Source: the human T2T-CHM13v2.0 reference genome, Homo sapiens. Taken from it: DNA of 64,000 bases. A program made the position numbers and the translations under genes. Below the pieces are notes generated by a model. It did not search any database. It had not been told where the DNA came from and saw only the letters and a list, made by a program, of their open reading frames with translations. Shown here piece by piece: positions 15,871-28,707 of this stretch. Positions within the stretch are counted from its first letter, which is position 1; each line of letters opens with the position of its first letter. The stretch is taken from assembly GCF_009914755.1 (NCBI RefSeq), contig NC_060932.1. One strand, 5' to 3'.

Positions 15871-18580
15871 AAGTTAGAGCTTTAAAAAAAATTAAAAAAA
15901 AACAGAAGAGAGGGGATTGTCCTACTCATTAGAATTCCATAGATAACCTCTAATAACTGGTAGTATCTTGATAGAATTTTAGCTTGATTTTTTTAAAAAA
16001 ATCATGTAAAACTTAAGACTGTCTCTGGAATTGATGACATATTATATTAATACATACTCTCTCACTAGGCCATCAATTATGAATACCTAAATATTATAAT
16101 GTTAGATATTCCATGCCATTTCATGTGGATCAGTATTTTAAGTTTAGCCATCCTCAATTATTTGCCAATCTCTACATGTCAATATTTGATGAAATATGTT
16201 AATTATTGACAAAATAGTAAGAATTGAAAAGCAAATGGGGGTTAAATTATTGCTATGGCAGATTCAAATCAATGTGAAGAGACCTGAAGGCAGAGTTTAT
16301 GTGTCAAGGCAGTTGAGGGCCCCCACCCCTGAACACTGATTTTATCACCTGTTTTTATCTACTCATCCCTTTTGCACTCTTTCTTTACAACTAGTTAATT
16401 CATGAGGGTTTGTTGTCTGCCAATCCCATTCCTACCTCAGAATGCCTTGAAAAGCAGAAATACCACTCACTGAGACCTCGTCTCCCTGTTGGCCCTCTTC
16501 CGCGTCTGCTGTGTCCTCAGTTGTCAGGTGACAGAAGAAGAACCAACCCCCAAATCACAATACTCTGTTAGGGCTCAGAAACAGTGCGTGGCTGTGCTGA
16601 CTGACCCGGGAAAGCTGGATTAGGATGGACGGCTGTGTCTGCAGCACTTCGTGAGATTAACCAGTGACCGCATGACCGCATGATAACATAAAGCTGATGC
16701 AATTGACTAAAGTTACAACAAAGATTCTGCCTTTTCTAGGACATCATCTCACAATGACAGATAATGTGACCAACACAAGGTCTGTAACCTTTCCTACTGT
16801 AAAACTTTCTTACCTCAAGAAGTATCCCAGATATTAATACATGTGTCTTTTTTGCGCTGCTTAGGAGGAATGTAAGAATCAAACACTCTTCATTGCTCAG
16901 AAATACTACAGAGAATGGTTTGCCTGCACTCTGTTCCCTTGGAAACTTGTTTAAGGGAGAGAAGGAGGTTAAGGAAATTAAAATGCATGGTAACATTTCT
17001 TTCTTCTGTCTTGGTTCTGGTCTTTTGTTTTTACAGGTTTAAAGGAATCTCATGATATTACATACACGGGAAAGTATCACTTGTGACTGTTTGCACTAGG
17101 TGCAAAAGACAGATAGTTTTCTGGGCATTTGGATGTGAAAAGGATGTTGTTTTGTGACCTCACCTTAGCACAGCAGACTTCACAATATGGTGCTCACCGT
17201 TCAGTGGCACATCAGGTTTCTTATAGGGGCTGTGATATGAGATGGTTTTAAGGAAGTTGATTTCTTATCTTAGGGTTTACGGGTGCCTTTCCCTACAGTC
17301 TGCTAATCTGAGAAAGTGTCTGAGTGATGCTTCTGCGTCTTTGCCTACTGTGTTCTCAAACTCACCCTTCCCCCTCTTATGAAAGAGGGAAAAGGTGTAC
17401 CCTCCCACCACATCCGGAATCTTGCAGGGAGTGTTGCCCTTGGGTGTCAGAACAATGGAGAGTTTGGGGTATCTGTCTCACTGCTGGTGAAGTTAGTGAC
17501 TCTAATCAATGGGCGAAACTTATTTTTAGTTTCCCATTTCTTGCTTTCAACATAATTAAAAGAGGATATCATAGCGTTATCGGCTAATTCTTAGGAGTAA
17601 TTGTTAATGGTAAGTGCTCAGTGATTTCTGAAGGAGTTCCAAGGCTTGAGGGCCATCGCCAGAATAACACACTTATGTTCCATCCAGGTATTAATGCAAT
17701 CTAAGTTTTGCATCTTACAGCTATTAAAAAAGTCATTGACACTGAACCCAGCTTTCTTTCACTAAAAAGTAATATTTATCCATGAATATATTAGTGAATT
17801 GGGAAAAATCTCATTAAGAGATGTATTTCCAATTCAGTTTTAATGGTAATATTTAGTGTTCATCAAAATTTATAATTATATTTTAGGGTCACCTATAAAA
17901 CTAACAATAGTTTAGTCAAGAAGACAGTTTTATCATCTAGAATCTTTCTCACAGAAAATTTAAAAATGTATTTTGGCTTTTATATGCATACACATGAAAT
18001 GTGTGTTCATGTGGGTATAGACAGAAAAAGAGAGGAAAACGTCTTTTAAGCTTAAATATATGTTACAGTAGGATATGGTTCTGTAGGAGGAGATGGAATG
18101 GAAATAAGAATTTAAGGACAAAAATGAATACTGTAATATTTTAGGCCATTTAATACTAACGTGTTCATATGTGCTTTGAATGGATAATGGCTGGTATCAA
18201 GTTGATATGGTGGATTGTGGTATTTAGTTAGATTACAGTTGATATGTTTAAAAGGGTGATATAACAGTTTTATCTCAGAATGTCAAATGTACCCTATCAA
18301 GATCTTTTCCATGGGGAGGAATTTAAGATGTGGACCTGAACGTGTGACTGTGGACCCCATACAGTGTTCCTAAATCCGGGAAAGACCACACGGGCCCATG
18401 CCTGTGAAGACCAGTGCCATCTGTACACCTTTTGAAAAAGACCCAGTGTCATAATTAACATGGGAAAGGTACAATAAGCCGCATCTTTATAGTGTTCTTT
18501 TTCTAGTTTGTAAACTTGACCTCAGGAGGTGTGAGAAGAAAGTTTCTTATTTTACAGCCACTAAAAAAAGGGCACGTCCT

Positions 18581-19473
<893 letters not shown>

Positions 19474-20335
19474 CCCGCTGTACAGCCTCCTGCCGGGCCC
19501 CTCCCGGGTGCTGCAGAGACCGAATGAATGAATGAGGGAACGGGAGCACCAGGCGATATCACGTACCCCGTGGAGGTGTGATGTGTCACCGTCACCGAGG
19601 GCTGTGAGCCTTTTCTGCAGAGAGCTTCGTCAGGAATGCCCAGACCAGAGCTCGCTGCCCGCCGCCTCCGTAACCGGGACCAAAGCCCCTTTGCGAAACA
19701 CCCATGCCTGAGCTTAGCTCAGCTGGGCCGGCGCAGGGGCAGGAAAAGCCCGTCCTGGCAGGCGTCCTTGCCCCTCTTCAGTCTCGGCCTCTGGCTCATC
19801 AGTTTCCTCAGTAGCTCATGGGGCCCAGTGGTGTGTGGGGCGCCTCCGAAAGCCTGCAGAGAGGGTGCAGTTGGTCCATGGAGCTGGGTCCCGGAGGTCA
19901 CCAGGAGCCATGGTCCGGGCTCCCACTTCTCGCGGCCGAGACACTGGCGTGGTGCTTCTCATGCCTGCATCTTCCGGGGACAGCCACCATTTTCGTCGAT
20001 TCTCAAAAGAATGACCGAGAGGGAAGGGCCAGCAGAGAACTTAGAAACGGCAGCAAGTTTTGAAAGCGTTTTCTTCCCACCCCCACATAAGTGTAAAAAG
20101 CTTGAAGCAGCCTTGCTGTACACAAAGGCACTGCGCGGCCACAGAGAGGTGAGTGGCCCTGAGCGCACTACGCACAGTTCCCTCAGAGACCCAGGAACCA
20201 GCGGCTCTTCGGGAGAGACGGGCGCTGCCTCGGTGGTGCCTGCAGAGACCTCCGGGGAGGGGCCTCGCTGCTGGCTGGGAGGGGTGGGGTGGCTGAGAAG
20301 GGAGAGTTTCCCTGTTAGCAACTGCCTCCGAGTGA
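19474..20335. promoter_or_regulatory. CpG-rich, GC-rich patch (borderline CpG island)
   Basis: Roughly 50 CpGs by eye in ~860 bp of non-repeat sequence, e.g. ctcgctgcccgccgcctccgtaaccgg and ctcgcggccgag, against CpG-poor flanks. Confidence 0.55.
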
Positions 20336-21906
20336 TGCCTGCACCATTTAAACTTTTACAAATGGTATGAGTTGGAAGCATCATGAACCTTGTCTTCCGT
20401 TTTTTTTTTTTAACAGCGTCTCAGTGAGACCTGTGAACGTGGCTTCTTGGAGGGGTTACCTGGTGATTTGAAAGAGCCTTCAGCTCACCTAGAACCTCTA
20501 AGATGAGATGCCTCAAAACACTTCTGTCCTTTGAGCTCTTTCAGGTGAAGGCAGAAGGCAGGTTTGGTCCTGTCAGATTCTAACCAGGAACAAGACCTTT
20601 CTCTTTCTTTTTCTTTTGGCTTTCCTTTCTTCATTTAGTTTTGTTATTAAAGAAGCCACAGAACTTGGAATATTATTCTAGGTAAACTGACGATGCTTTA
20701 TTCAATTTTCCTTCACTTAGCAAACCTCCCTACCCCTCATTCATTTATCCAACTTGATGAATCTTCACCCAGCCTCAGCTGGTCCTTCCTTTGAAGACTG
20801 CTGTATGTCTTTCCTGTCTCAATCGCTCGTGTTCGAACGTTAGTAACTATGGCAGAGCCTGACGCGTCTGTTCTCTCACATTTGCCTGTCGATGGTGATA
20901 CTGACGTTCTGTGATGCTGAGGACCCTCCTTCCCATGTTGTAGCAATCATATACCCCTGGTTAGCCATGCTCGTTGCAAGCCGAGGAAGGGTGGCCTCTA
21001 AAAAATATCTTCTAACTTCTCTCCGCTTCTCCAAAGAGAGCGCCCTTCTCCACGCCTGTGCCTGTTTTGAAGGAAGGATGGTCCTGTGATGGGGTCATTC
21101 CATGGACCACTCAGGATGTGCAGGGGGCACTGGCCCATGCTGGTCTGTCTCCCCTGCAGCCTTACTTGGTGAGGTCAGCAGTGTTGGGTGGAAGCTGGCA
21201 GCGCCCGGAGTCAGGTTCCACCAGCCGGTGGCCTCTTCCCCCCTTGGCCTTGTCTTGCTCCGGGCCCCCTTGCCAAATGGCTTTCTCAGCATCCCAGATC
21301 ACCCTGGGGGCTGTCTCAGCCTACATCGGAATGGTCACACCCAAAAGTTCATCTTCCTGGAGTGTATTTGCACAGTGCCTCTACACTGGTGGTGCTGTTG
21401 GGGCTTGAGGCCTGGGTTTGGGCTCGCTCAGCACTTGGGGCTGCTGTGAGGTGAGGGATGAGGGGTGACGAGAGGCTGTTCCTCTAATTTTCACCAAATT
21501 GATTAAAACCACCTTGCTCACGTATGGTGGCATTCCAGGTCTGGCGTCCCTGTCCACCTCCAAGCCAGGATGCTCTGTGGCTCAGGATTCTAGGCAGTAG
21601 GACAGCAGCATGGTGGCCACAGGGGTCTGCCCTTGCAAAGGCACAGCGATGGCACTGGATCCCTCCCATGGCAGCTATGTTGGGTCTCCCCCCACCAGGA
21701 GATCCTGTGTCATGACAAGCATGCTGTTTGGTGATGAAGTGTGGTAGAAGATGGGTGAAGGATGAAGCTGGTACGTCGCTCCCAAATCATGAATCTGATC
21801 CTGTATTTTCTCACACAGCGTCCTGTTGTTATTCTGTAGCCAAATGGCTGTTTCTGGGGCATCGATATCCATACCCATGTGGTCTGGTCGAGATAGCAGC
21901 ATTCAG

Positions 21907-22044
21907 TCGAGGCCTTGGCATCTGTGTTCACATGGTCTGGTCGAGGCCTCGGCATCTGTGTCCACATGCTCTGGTTGTGGCCTTGGCATCCGTGTCCACG
22001 TGGTCTAGTTGAGGCCTTGGCGTCTGTGTCCACGTGGTCTGGTC
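21907..22044. repeat. Degenerate minisatellite, 34-bp unit (tggtctggtcgaggcctyggcatctgtgtccacr), ~4 copies
   Basis: Direct reading. Confidence 0.85.
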
Positions 22045-22756
22045 AGCAGAAGCCTCAGCCTTTGGGGCTTCCCTGCAAGTTTGGCACCATCCCAGGTAGT
22101 GTCCAGGGAGCTTGTGATTATATTTTACCCTTAGATAAGATAGTAGCCATTTACAAATAACCTACACCTTTGATAACATAAATATTTTTTCTTAAGGTGA
22201 AGTATCTCAGCTTGGAAAAAAGTGAAGTTTGGTTTTGCGAGAAGAAGCCCAGAGGGGGCAGAAGTCAGTGCTGTTCTGTCCTCCTTCCTGGGGGCAGTGT
22301 TTTAATCAGATTTCTTTTAAGAAGTGGGGTGATACTGATAGCAAAGAAATACAGCAGAAGTCACTTATTTTCACTGGGTCGTGGTGGGTTCTGTTCTACT
22401 TTATCGAAAGGTTAATGCATCTTTGTGACTTTTTCCCATGGGCTTTTGTTATGCTTCCACTGCTGGTGATGCAGCGTTTTCCTGGTGAGACACCTTTAGC
22501 CTCAAGTGGGAAGCACAGATGGTTCCTGTGCCCTCAACCGTCAACACCAGAGCCAGCAGGAACCCTATTTGCCACCCGTCTCTCTTCTGTGGGGAAGTGA
22601 CTGTTCAAGGTTTTGCCGGTTTTTAAAAACATGCTTTTCTTCCTGTTGAGTTTCGAGAGTTCTTTATGTACTTTGGACACAAAACACAGTCAGAGGTGTG
22701 ATTTGCAAATATTTTCTCCCTGTCTAGAGCTTGTCCTTCTGTTCCCGTTACCATGT

Positions 22757-23138
22757 TGTATTAGTTCTTTCTCACTCTGCTATAAAGAAATAGGTGAAAC
22801 TGGGCAATTTATGAAGAAAGGAGGTTTAATTGGCTCACGGTTCCTCAGGATTTGCGGGAAGCATGGCTGGGAGGCCTCAGGAAACTTACAACCATGGCGG
22901 AAGGCGAAGGGGAAGTAGGCATATCCCGCATGGCCGGAGCAGGAGGAAGAGAGTGAAGGGGGAGGTGCTACACACTTTTAAACTACCAGCTCTTCTGAGA
23001 ACTCACTCACTATCACAAGAACAGCAAGGGGAAATCCACCCCTGTGATCCAGTTACCCCCCACCAGGCCCCTCTTCCGACACTGGGGATCACAATTTGAC
23101 GTGAGATTTGGGTGGAGACACAGAGCCAAACCATATGA
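22757..23138 (-). mobile_element. MaLR solo LTR (MSTA/THE1D-type) inserted in an old L1 fragment
   Basis: Starts tgtattagtt, contains ggaggcctcaggaaacttaca and gagaactcactcactatcac, ends gagccaaaccatatga; L1M-like sequence at 22590-22756 resumes after it. Confidence 0.9.
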
Positions 23139-24333
23139 ATTGTCTTTTGCAGAAAACTGACTCTGGATGATGGCTACTTAAATTTTCAGTTAGGTAATTC
23201 TTATTCTTTTTGGGTAACATACTAGTATATATTCTAGATAGCCCCCAAAGTGGAAGCTATCACACTGTCAGCAGACACTTACTGTAACTCCAATGCATTC
23301 CAGTCCTTTGGACGGCGTCTGCTGTACCCAAAGTTAAATCAAACACAGGCCCTGCTTGGCAAAGCTGGCAATGCAGTTTAGAGACCTGGCCTGTGAAAGA
23401 GGATTGTTTCTCTCTCTCAGGTTAGTGTGGACCTGGACAAGTGGTATTGCCCTGTGTAATGATCAAAGCAGCTGGAGACATGAAGCCAGGAAGTCAGAAT
23501 CTTAGCTGCACCCCTGACCCACTGTGCTTAAGGTTTCTGATCTCTGTTTTGTCCTGTGGAAAGTGGGGAGATGATGCCGCCTCCCAGGACGGCAGTGGTA
23601 ATTCAGTCATGGGACGGACGACGTCAGTGCAGTGCGTGTGAAATACATCTTGGCTCCTGTTCTACACTCCCCAGAGCCAGAGCCAGTGGAGAAAGTAAGA
23701 ATTTGAGGAGAAAAGGTCACCTTGGAAGCTCACAGGGGAGGAGTTTGGATCTCATCAGGGATTTGGAGAATGAGGAGGATTTTGACAGGAACAGAAAAGG
23801 GGTAAAGGAGGCTTGAGGCAGGGGATGTTGTAGAGGCTGGACAAGCACCATGCATTTCAAGGGAAATAATAGAAGGGTTTGCCTGGGCTGTGCAGGGTGC
23901 AGAGACAGGTGAAGCTGTAAGAGATGCTTGGAGATGACGTAACCAAAATGAAAAGATATTTGTTGGGTCTATGTATCTCAAGTTTGTTTCCCATTTTCTG
24001 GCCGCAAGTGTGAGAAAATGTATTTCTCATACTTTGCTGTGGTTTTCATCTATAGGAGTTACCTTATAAATGCTTAGCATAGAGATCAGAATGTAGCAAG
24101 ACCAGCATGGGGAGAGAAACCTGGAGAAAGGTGTGAGTAGTTGGCTTAGCTGGTAGATGTTTCCTGGTCCCAGTGTAAAATCTGAATGGACTTTGTATTT
24201 CAGTAAAATAATATTTAATAATATTTGGTCTATGCTGACAAGAACTCCGTATTTCATTTCCTGGTTTCTCTCTTTCATTTTAGGGGAGATAAATCCATCG
24301 GCTATTTCTCATTTTCACCTTCATGTGAAAAGA

Positions 24334-24647
<314 letters not shown>

Positions 24648-25294
24648 TGAGTCATTCTTTGTCATTGTGAAAATTGGATTTGTAATTGTTTTTCTTATTT
24701 GCTTAATTTTTCCCCGAATTTTAAAAATAATGCAAGCACATTGCAGAAAATTTGGAAAGCTTTAGAAAGTAAAAGGAATAAATTAATAATCAGCCCTAAT
24801 CCTGCCACAGATATTTGATTACCAGTGGGGTTCCACCATGTTTTCTGAGTGAATGAACCTCACTTCCCATTTCTGGGAATTGTGTCACTGCCAGTGGCTC
24901 CCTCCACAGAGAAGCCCAGGCTGTTCCGGGTTCTCATCTTCCCTCCTCCATGCCCCAGTGTTATCAGGAGAAAACAATTTAAACAGGGATATGTTTTTAA
25001 ATGTTCTAAAAAATATTGTAGATATTCAGAGTTGAATACTGAATTTCTTTTCACCCTTCAAATTCCTATCCTCCCCACTTGTAACTGGATCTAATAAGTC
25101 TCTGGTGTCTCAATAGGTGTATATGAAACAAAGCATACTGTATAATATGACTATACATTTAAATGCCCACATTTCGATTCTAACATAAATAATTATGATG
25201 TGCACCGTGTGCTGTGAATTTTTTTGATGTAATATGCCAAATCTTTGTTTTGATATATGCACATAAAGTTGATTAATTTTAAAATTCCTTTAAA

Positions 25295-25575
25295 AAACTT
25301 TTTTATTTGGGAGTAATTTCACACTTCAGGAAGACTTCAAGAAAAGCACAGCAGAGTGAACCCGTTATGCCTCCCCCTTATTCACTTTTGCTGGTGTTTT
25401 CTTGTTGCTTGAGCTCACGCACGCTCGCTCTCCTGTTCCCTCTCCACACACATGCACTGTTTTCTGAGCCATAAGACAGTAAGTTGCACACCCCATTGGA
25501 GTTAACCCCTAACGACGTCGCATGTGTTTCCTAAGAATGGGGATGTCTGTTACATAATCACGGTGCAGCTGTCAC
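25295..25575 (-). mobile_element. L1MC-type 3' UTR fragment
   Basis: ttctgagccat...gtaagttgca...acccctaa...tgtgtttcctaagaatggggat...tacataatcacggtgca. Confidence 0.7.
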
Positions 25576-27581
25576 TGCGTTAAGCAAGTAGTTGGATTTG
25601 CTGAGTTGCTGGATGTACCTGTACGATGTTGATAGACACTGCATTTACCAATGTGAATTTTATCAGCCTTTCATGTTTTCTACTTTGATGAAGAATGATT
25701 ATAATATGGTTTTAATTAAATTCCAAGAGTTCTAGAGAGGCTGAACAAGCTGACATAATTTTATTAGATATTAATATTTATGTAATCACCACTTATTATT
25801 TCATAAATCACCTTTCCATATTCTTTGCCCATTTTAAAATCGTGGCATTGTATTATTTTTCTTACTGAAGGATTTCTAATTGGTTGTCAAATGACAACCC
25901 AGGATTTTCTAAGTGGATAAATTATGAGTAAGTGCTAATTTTATTTTTCCCTTCCTAATATTTATACTCCTAGTTTTTGTCTTATTTCACATTTTAGGAC
26001 TTATAGCACAGTGCTGAATACTAAAATTGATCCTGGATGTCCTTTCATGTTTCACCATAATAAAAACGGTTCTAATGTTTCATCATTGCATGAATGTTTG
26101 TCAGAGTTAAGGTAAATTACCTTTTATCAAATTAAAGAAGTTTCCCCTTAATCGTATTTTACAGGAACGTGAAGTAGAAGGTTCATTCGCTCAGAAAATG
26201 CAACACAATACCAACATTGTTTGTATCTCTGTGTCAGAATAAAAATGGATTGATCTTAGTTAGAAAGTTATTTATAAAAATAGGAATGGTGTTAGGTTTT
26301 ATCAAATGCTTATTTGGTATCTGTCTGATAGGAGTTCCCCCATTTTGTAAGTTTTGAATGAAATAATAACCGTTTTAATACTGAACCATCTTTTCATTGT
26401 GTAGTTATGTATTATTTTAATACAGTGTTGGATTCTACTTGCTTCTATTTATTGAAAGTTTTCTCATTTTTGTTTATGGGGCTGAGTGTGTTTTCACTTC
26501 CCACGCATTTCTATTGTGCTTTTCTATCAGCACCTTTTACCTTAACAACAAGGAGTTGTCTTCCCCACCCTTCCCCATGCTGAGATGATGTGAGCTTTAG
26601 TTTCAGAAGATTATTAGTTGACTTTGTTACGCATCAGCAGTCATTTCCCTTAGCTGTATTTTACTATCAGCCCTCCTTTCTTCTTGCCGCTGGCTCTTCT
26701 CCCATGCCTTCCTTGTTAATTTTTATTCGCTTTTCATTTGGCTGATGTCTATCTTCTAGAGAGTCTCTTTGTTCACATCTGTGGGTGGGAAAGCTCTTAG
26801 AATCCTTGAATGTCTAAAAATATGTTTATTCCCACATAAAATCTAATTTTACGGAGCATTGGAATCTCAATTCAAAATGATTTTCCTTTAAAACCGCTGC
26901 CTTCTACCAGTCAGTATGGTTAGTGAAAAGTCTAATTCTAATCCTGTTGTCTTTCTTTGTCAATAAATCTCTTTCCTCCTCCCCTCGCCCTGATGATTTT
27001 ACCCATTTTGCTGTGGAATTTCACAGAGCTGTGCTCTCCTTGGGCTGCCATAGTCTGGGCTGGTTTGCTTGGCTTCCCCGCACCACGCTGCTGGGTCTTT
27101 ATGGCTCTTTCAAGATCTGGTGGCTTCTCTTCCTTCAGTTTTGGAAATTTTTCTTCTATTATTTCTTTCTTTTACTCCTTCTCCTCTGAAACTCCTCTTC
27201 TGAGACTTCCTGGACTTGTTCTTCACATCTCTGGACATGTGAATTTGTCTAATCTTTGCATTTTGTGCAATTTCCTTATAGATTTCCCTGACGGAGTCCA
27301 CAGCTCACAGACTTTCTCTTCTGTGTTCTCCTGTGTGCCCAGGCTGTTTTCTGCTTCATCATGTTGGATGTATTTTTGATTTCCAACACCTCTATTATTT
27401 TGTTTTACAGAACCAAGGACAACATCTTCCTTGCACTTCCTGTGGCCATGCTGGTTTAACCTGTTACGGCTTCTCAGCTTTGTTTCCTGCTGGCTGAGCT
27501 GGGGGCTCTCCCTCTATTGTGGGTTTTCTTCGCCTGCCATACGACTCCAGGCATCTGCTTGTCTTTGTCTCTGAAATCCTT

Positions 27582-28522
27582 TTGGCCTGTGGGTGGGGGG
27601 TGTTTCTAGCTGCAGGATGGGGTCCCTGGTGGCGTGAGTGAGGTTGGGATGAGCTGTTTGCCGGCCTGTGCGTAGGGAGTGTTTCTAGCTGCAGGACAGG
27701 GTCCCTTGTGGTGTTGTAGATTAGATAAACTACATCTATTACAACCATATGAGTGAGGTTGGGATGAGCTGTTTGCTGGCCTGTGGGTGGGGCGTGTTTC
27801 TAGCTGCAGAATGGGGTCCCTGGTGGTGTGAGTGAGGTCGGGATGAGCTGTTTGCTGGCTGTTGAGACCAGCTCGGTCGGGGAGACCCTAACCCAGTGGT
27901 GCTAGAGGAATTAAAGACACACACACAGAAATATAGAGGTGTGAGGTGGGAAATCAGGGTTCTCACAGCCTTCAGAGCTGAGAGCCCCAAACAGAGATTT
28001 ACCTGCATATTTATTAACAGCAAACCAGTCATTAGCATTGTTTCTATAGATATTAACTAAAAGTCTCCCTTATGAGAAATGAAGGGGTGGGCTGAATTAA
28101 AGGAATAGGTTGGGCTAGTTAACTGCAGCAGGAGCATGTCTTTAAAGCACAGATCACTCATGTTATTGTTTGTGGCTTAGGAATGCCTTTAAGTGGTTTT
28201 CTACCCTGGGCAGGCCAGGTGTTCCTTGCCCGCATTCCTGTAAACCCACAACCTTCCAGCTTGGGCATTAGGGCCATTATGAATATGTTACAGTGCTGTA
28301 GAGATTTTGTTTATGGCCAGTTTTGGGGCCAGTTTATGGCCAGATTTTTGGGGGCCTGCTCCCAACAGCTGGCCTGTGGGTGAATGGTGTTTCTAGCTGC
28401 AGGATGGGGTCCCTGGTGACCTGAGTGAGGTTGGGATGAACTGTTTGCTGGCCTGTGGGTGGCGGGTATTTCTAGCTGCAGGACGGGGTCCCTGGTGGCG
28501 TGAGTGAGGTTGGGATGAGCTG
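27582..28522. repeat. Minisatellite, ~78-79-bp unit, ~5 copies, interrupted by a MER9 LTR and a 36-bp insert
   Basis: tttctagctgcag...gagtgaggttgggatgagctgtttgctggcctgtgggtg recurs three times left and twice right of the LTR. Confidence 0.92.
27860..28367 (-). mobile_element. MER9 solo LTR (HERV-K9/HML-3)
   Basis: - strand starts tgttgggagcaggccccc-aaaaatctggccataaactggccccaaaactggccataaac and ends ggtctccccgaccgagctggtctcaaca; 508 bp; 6-bp TSD gctggc at 27854-27859 and 28368-28373. Confidence 0.93.
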
Positions 28523-28707
28523 CCATTTGTGTTATGCGTGTGGCTTGTCCATCCCTCCAGGTGACCTTAGCTGATAGGGACTTCCCTGTTTTGAGGTCCT
28601 CCATTTAGTTTGGGAGAGAAAAGTTAATATTGCCAGTGACTTGGCATACGGACCACAGAACACTGTTTAGATACCCGACTGCATTTTCTCAAGTAACCAT
28701 CTGGCTC

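Noticed and set aside
19636-20370. 244-aa ATG ORF in the CpG-rich patch
   Set aside because: Long ORFs are expected in GC-rich DNA; low-complexity composition and no family similarity that I can recognise.
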